From the IMG/VR virus record IMGVR_UViG_3300033508_000321: a stretch of DNA of 64,000 bases. One strand, given 5' to 3'. Positions 60,834-64,000 of this stretch are shown in pieces (within the stretch, counting starts at the first letter, position 1; each line of letters opens with the position of its first letter). This DNA is from a virus. The notes under the pieces are model-generated. The model did not search any database and had not been told where the DNA came from. It worked only from the letters and a program-made list of their open reading frames with translations. A program made the translations under genes and the position numbers.

Positions 60834-61039
60834 TAGTACCGGGTGGTACAATCACTTTAGGCAATAGCGATTTTAAATGCCCTAAATGCGATTTTTTGCA
60901 TACTGAAAAGGATTACTACAAGCAACTAGACAAAAGCAAGTCTGGTGTAATAAAAAAGCTGTGTAAAAGTTGTAAAACGTGGTTAGGCATTACCGTGGAT
61001 ATGCAAAGCGATGTGCGAGTCTGGTTACACACGAAATGA
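60821..61039 (+). CDS. Small zinc-ribbon protein
   Basis: Start moved to ATG 60821 (METIIVPGG...). CPKC...CKSC. Confidence 0.45.
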   Translation: METIIVPGGTITLGNSDFKCPKCDFLHTEKDYYKQLDKSKSGVIKKLCKSCKTWLGITVDMQSDVRVWLHTK

Positions 61040-61045
61040 AGTTTT

Positions 61046-61077
61046 AAAAGCTATTTAGTAAATGAGTAGCTTTTTTA
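61046..61077 (+). terminator. Rho-independent terminator upstream of terminase large subunit
   Basis: AAAAGCTA-13 nt-TAGCTTTT followed by TT. Confidence 0.55.
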
Positions 61078-61081
61078 TTTC

Positions 61082-61089
61082 TATATTTG
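61082..61089 (+). promoter_or_regulatory. -7 box TAtaTTTG for terminase large subunit
   Basis: Exact TAnnTTTG 17 nt before ATG 61107. Confidence 0.5.
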
Positions 61090-61106
61090 CGGTAAATACC
61101 CGTTGT

Positions 61107-62678
61107 ATGCTCACTTCACCGCAATATTATTTCACCTCTACCGTACGTCCGATTAACTTATTCATGGCAGGTTATGGCTCAGGAAAAACCCGAAGCATGG
61201 GTGATCTTAGTTTGTATTTCATTTCTAATTTTCCAGAAATTATTGGACTCATTGCCGCAAATACTTTTTCGCAGTTAACACGTTCAACGTTATTCCGGGT
61301 TTATCAGGTATGGGAAGAAAATGGTGTTGGTGAGTACAGCGAAAACAACCCAAAGGGTCAGTACGTAATGGGTAAGATTCCGCCCCGGCATTTTAAGCGT
61401 TCGAAATATCGCTTGGATGATTATTCGAATGTAATAAGTTTCATTAACGGTGCTATAGTTTTCAAAGGTACACTGGAAAATTACAAGGCGTTGGATGGTA
61501 TGGAGGTCGGGTGGGCTATGTTGGATGAAACGAAAGATACGAGAAGCGAAGCATTGGGGGTTATTATTTCCCGACTTCGTCAGCACGGTGTGTATTTGAA
61601 AGAAAATCATATCATGGAACGGGATAAAAAAGCGGGAGATTATAGCCCATTCTCAAAAACCATAACTGACTATCCTATTAACCCTCTGTACGTATTCACC
61701 GCACCGGCAAAAGAACCATGGTTAAATGCGTTTTTCCACATCTCAGACCTAAGACCAGAGGACATTAAGCCCCGCCTTTTTTCACCACCGCATTATTACC
61801 ATCAGGTAACAGACCATCAGCAAATCATGATTGCAAGCACGTACACGAATGAAAAGAACCTGCCGAGTAGTTACATACCTTCGCTTGCTGAAAGCATGGG
61901 AAAAGCGTTCGTAGATATGTTTATTTACAGCTACCCGTTCTCAGCATCGGGTGGTGAGTTCTACAAAGATTTTAACCGTGAAAAACACGTTGGTACGTGT
62001 GAGTACGATCCGGCGTTACCACTTCATATAACATTCGATGAAAACGTAGTACCATACCAACCTGCCGGTGTATGGCAGACGATGGGAAAACGTGTACGCA
62101 AGATTGCAGAAGTACCGATGGAACCACCTAGGAATAATATTTTTGAGCTATGTAAAGAACTGGGTGTAAAATATGGCGGACATAAAGCCGGGGTGTTTAT
62201 CTACGGTGATGCTACGAGCTTAAAACGTGATAGCAAGCAGCGATTAAATGAAAACTTCTTTACCATTGTAAGGCGTGAGCTGTACGAGTGGAAACCGGTG
62301 ATGCGAATACCATTACAGAACCCGGATGTCGTACATCGGGGTAGTTTTGTGAATGCAATTTTGCGGGATAAAATATTCGGCATTGACTTACTCATAGATG
62401 AATCGTGCCGGAAAAGTATCGAAGATTACGAATTTCTCAAAGAGGATAACGAGGGTAAAAAGCGCAAAGAAATGTACACCGATCCATTAACAAAGGTAAG
62501 CTACCAGCGGTGGGGTCACTTCTCGGATGCGGATGATTACTTCTTACTGGAATATTTCAGACATGAATACAACGCATTTTTGAAAAAAGCTAAAAATAAA
62601 AATACCGAAATACAAGAAAGTGAGCAGATGGACAGAATACTTCGCCGGATGCCTACACGTATAAGTAAGAAATTTTAA
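61107..62678 (+). CDS. Terminase large subunit
   Basis: Start moved to ATG 61107, downstream of the -7 box. Walker A GYGSGKTRS. Walker B WAMLDETKD. C-terminal nuclease-sized domain. Confidence 0.8.
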   Translation: MLTSPQYYFTSTVRPINLFMAGYGSGKTRSMGDLSLYFISNFPEIIGLIAANTFSQLTRSTLFRVYQVWEENGVGEYSENNPKGQYVMGKIPPRHFKRSKYRLDDYSNVISFINGAIVFKGTLENYKALDGMEVGWAMLDETKDTRSEALGVIISRLRQHGVYLKENHIMERDKKAGDYSPFSKTITDYPINPLYVFTAPAKEPWLNAFFHISDLRPEDIKPRLFSPPHYYHQVTDHQQIMIASTYTNEKNLPSSYIPSLAESMGKAFVDMFIYSYPFSASGGEFYKDFNREKHVGTCEYDPALPLHITFDENVVPYQPAGVWQTMGKRVRKIAEVPMEPPRNNIFELCKELGVKYGGHKAGVFIYGDATSLKRDSKQRLNENFFTIVRRELYEWKPVMRIPLQNPDVVHRGSFVNAILRDKIFGIDLLIDESCRKSIEDYEFLKEDNEGKKRKEMYTDPLTKVSYQRWGHFSDADDYFLLEYFRHEYNAFLKKAKNKNTEIQESEQMDRILRRMPTRISKKF

Positions 62679-62822
62679 CAGCTTATTTACAATTTTAGGA
62701 AACTTTGTTAAAAACTTGTTAATTTCTTGTAGATTTTAACAAATCATTAACAAAGTTTCCTTTTATAATTTATTGAGTATTAACAACTTATTAACAAATC
62801 ATTTATTGTCTTTGTTGTATAA
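62675..62822 (+). repeat. Terminator/promoter module, copy D (variant -7 box TGtcTTTG)
   Basis: Same palindrome and dyad (62780/62791). The -7 position reads TGtcTTTG at 62807-62814. Confidence 0.8.
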
Positions 62823-62839
62823 CAAAACAAAAAAACACA

Positions 62840-63061
62840 ATGGAAAACAAAGTAAAAACATTCGGGGAACTTACACAAGGCACTGTTATAAATTATCGTA
62901 ATAACGTGGTAGCGGATGATACCAATTTCGTAGTGCTTCGCCAGTACGAGAATAGATTTGGTAAGTGGACAGAAGTTTTGAACTTAGATACCTACGAAAA
63001 AGATTTTTTTACCCAGCATACAAAAACTCAGAATCTCTGGACAATAGTAAAAGAAAATTAA
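62840..63061 (+). CDS. Cassette 4 cargo: 73-aa protein of unknown function
   Basis: ORF between module D and hairpin copy 4. Confidence 0.55.
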   Translation: MENKVKTFGELTQGTVINYRNNVVADDTNFVVLRQYENRFGKWTEVLNLDTYEKDFFTQHTKTQNLWTIVKEN

Positions 63062-63066
63062 AAACC

Positions 63067-63080
63067 GGGGCGAAAGCCCC
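63067..63080 (+). terminator. Cassette 3' hairpin GGGGC-GAAA-GCCCC (copy 4)
   Basis: Identical 14-mer, 6 nt after the stop. Confidence 0.4.
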
Positions 63081-63103
63081 TTACGTATACGGAAAATTCA
63101 ATA

Positions 63104-63493
63104 TTGTTCGATACGCTTATAGCTGCTGAGCAGCATTTAAAAACTGATGGATACAAAAAAGTCGGGATGCGAATACACCAAAGCGTAACCTACTACGGTT
63201 ACAGGAATAAAGCAGCCCACATTAAACTTCTTGCTTTGTGGAGAGACCCCAGTAGCGGAAAACAGATGTACGAAGTAACGTGGGTAGAAAAAATAATCGT
63301 GCTCGAAACAAGCGGTAAACATAGCGAGGTTTACACCGCAAAAGTTAAATTCTTTGATGGCGAAGAAGCCGCAGAATTGTACTGCGAACTGGTAAACGAA
63401 CAACCTATGGCAAGTTGGTGGACTCGCGCTAAAGTGATAAAAGCGGACAAGGAATACTGGCTTGGCGAAAATGATATTTACGAACGTTCATAA
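63104..63493 (+). CDS. Hypothetical protein (start TTG 63104 or ATG 63167)
   Basis: 129-aa ORF followed by a strong terminator. Confidence 0.45.
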   Translation: MFDTLIAAEQHLKTDGYKKVGMRIHQSVTYYGYRNKAAHIKLLALWRDPSSGKQMYEVTWVEKIIVLETSGKHSEVYTAKVKFFDGEEAAELYCELVNEQPMASWWTRAKVIKADKEYWLGENDIYERS

Positions 63494-63501
63494 AATAAAA
63501 A

Positions 63502-63530
63502 ATACCGGAATAAACGTCCGGTATTTTTTA
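63502..63530 (+). terminator. Rho-independent terminator
   Basis: ATACCGGA-ataaacg-TCCGGTAT followed by TTTTTT. Confidence 0.7.
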
Positions 63531-63595
63531 TTTTTCGTAAAATTTTGGCAATCAGCTAAACTTTAGATTAAATTTGAGCAAATTTAATTTGCATC

Positions 63596-64000
63596 ATGGG
63601 TTACTTAAGAATAGAGGATTATAGCAACGTGATAAGGCAAACGGATTTAACTGATATCCTAAAGGGTGACCAGTACATTCGTTCTGAGGTTGAACTTGCT
63701 GTACGTGAACAGATGGAGGTTTATCTTCGCCATAGGTACGATTTAAAGCGGTCTTTTCCCGAAATTTTACCCTTCGATATTGCAGATGTCTACCACGAAA
63801 ACTCACTGGTAGAGTATACCGAAGATGCTTATGTGAATACCACAACATACGTAATTGGTGACCGAGTTTCGTACACTGCCAATATCTACGAATGTATACA
63901 AAATAGCACTGGAAATTTACCTACGGTTGTTACTCATTGGGTTTTGGTATGTGAGGATAAAGCACTGTTTTATGCGAATCGTGATACTACCGGAAATTTA
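63596..64000 (+). CDS. Structural (fibre-like) protein with CBM5/12-like motif, N-terminal fragment; 3' end outside window
   Basis: ATG 63596, with the frame open to the window edge (135 codons, absent from the ORF track). YVIGDRVSYTANIYECIQNSTGNLPTVVTHW matches the chitin-binding-type Y-x2-G-x-x-V-x-Y...Y-x-C...P...W pattern. Confidence 0.5.
   Translation, partial: MGYLRIEDYSNVIRQTDLTDILKGDQYIRSEVELAVREQMEVYLRHRYDLKRSFPEILPFDIADVYHENSLVEYTEDAYVNTTTYVIGDRVSYTANIYECIQNSTGNLPTVVTHWVLVCEDKALFYANRDTTGNL

Noticed and set aside
34466-62822. Whether the four ~148-bp repeats could be a CRISPR-like array or the ends of a mobile element
   Set aside because: The copies are 4.7-16.8 kb apart and all in direct orientation. 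They contain promoter and terminator elements and flank ordinary ORFs. There are no short regular spacers, cas genes or transposase. They are better explained as regulatory cassettes.
1-64000. Signs of lysogeny (integrase, att sites, CI-like repressor), a portal gene, reverse transcriptase/DGR, or CRISPR arrays
   Set aside because: None could be recognised by motif in any ORF of the window. The portal may lie outside the window or be too divergent for recognition by eye. Absence here is not proof of absence in the genome.

Overview
The window reads as about 64 kb of a tailed dsDNA phage genome with a contractile (myovirus-like) tail. I saw no cellular housekeeping genes and no integrase. About 110 ORFs tile the + strand, many with ATGA or other short start/stop overlaps. 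Only one convincing gene is on the - strand (7160-7675).

Promoters match the Bacteroidota -7 box TAnnTTTG and Shine-Dalgarno sequences are largely absent. From this I infer a Bacteroidota (Flavobacteriia-like) host.

Modules, in order:
- 1-19380: late/structural genes. These include fibre-like genes, a MuF-like minor head protein fused to an ADP-ribosyltransferase, a Mu gpG-like protein, a fibre-like gene split at a T12 tract, a ClpP-like protease/scaffold, capsid, sheath, tube, a frameshifted chaperone, tape measure, baseplate and a beta-helix protein.
- 19630-19700: tRNA-Met(CAT).
- 19989-34469: replication and recombination. These include an initiator-like wHTH with internal iterons, a P-loop ATPase, an SF2 helicase, YopX, dUTPase, a DnaB-like helicase, primase, a gp32-like SSB, PolA, a RecA-like protein and an Hjc-like nuclease.
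- 34466-48714: accessory region. It holds a CobS/CobT-like AAA+/vWA pair, a Cas4-like nuclease, four tandem small paralogs, an SNF2 / ParB(IbrB-like) / GT25 / PAPS-reductase(IbrA-like) cluster, a second ParB, a GT-A-like protein and the small terminase.
- 48974-63493: many small ORFs, two N6-adenine methyltransferases, a C5-methyltransferase-like protein, a ThyX-like protein, a signal-peptide lysozyme and the large terminase.

The strongest sequence-level signals are:
- Four single-gene cassettes, each with a near-identical ~148-bp terminator/promoter module at the 5' end and an identical GGGGCGAAAGCCCC hairpin at the 3' end.
- A helically phased TTAACAA-N4-TTAACAA dyad in front of at least ten transcription units.

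Limits: no portal gene was recognised in the window. All family calls rest on motifs read by eye, and coordinates were counted by hand. No searches or computations were run.
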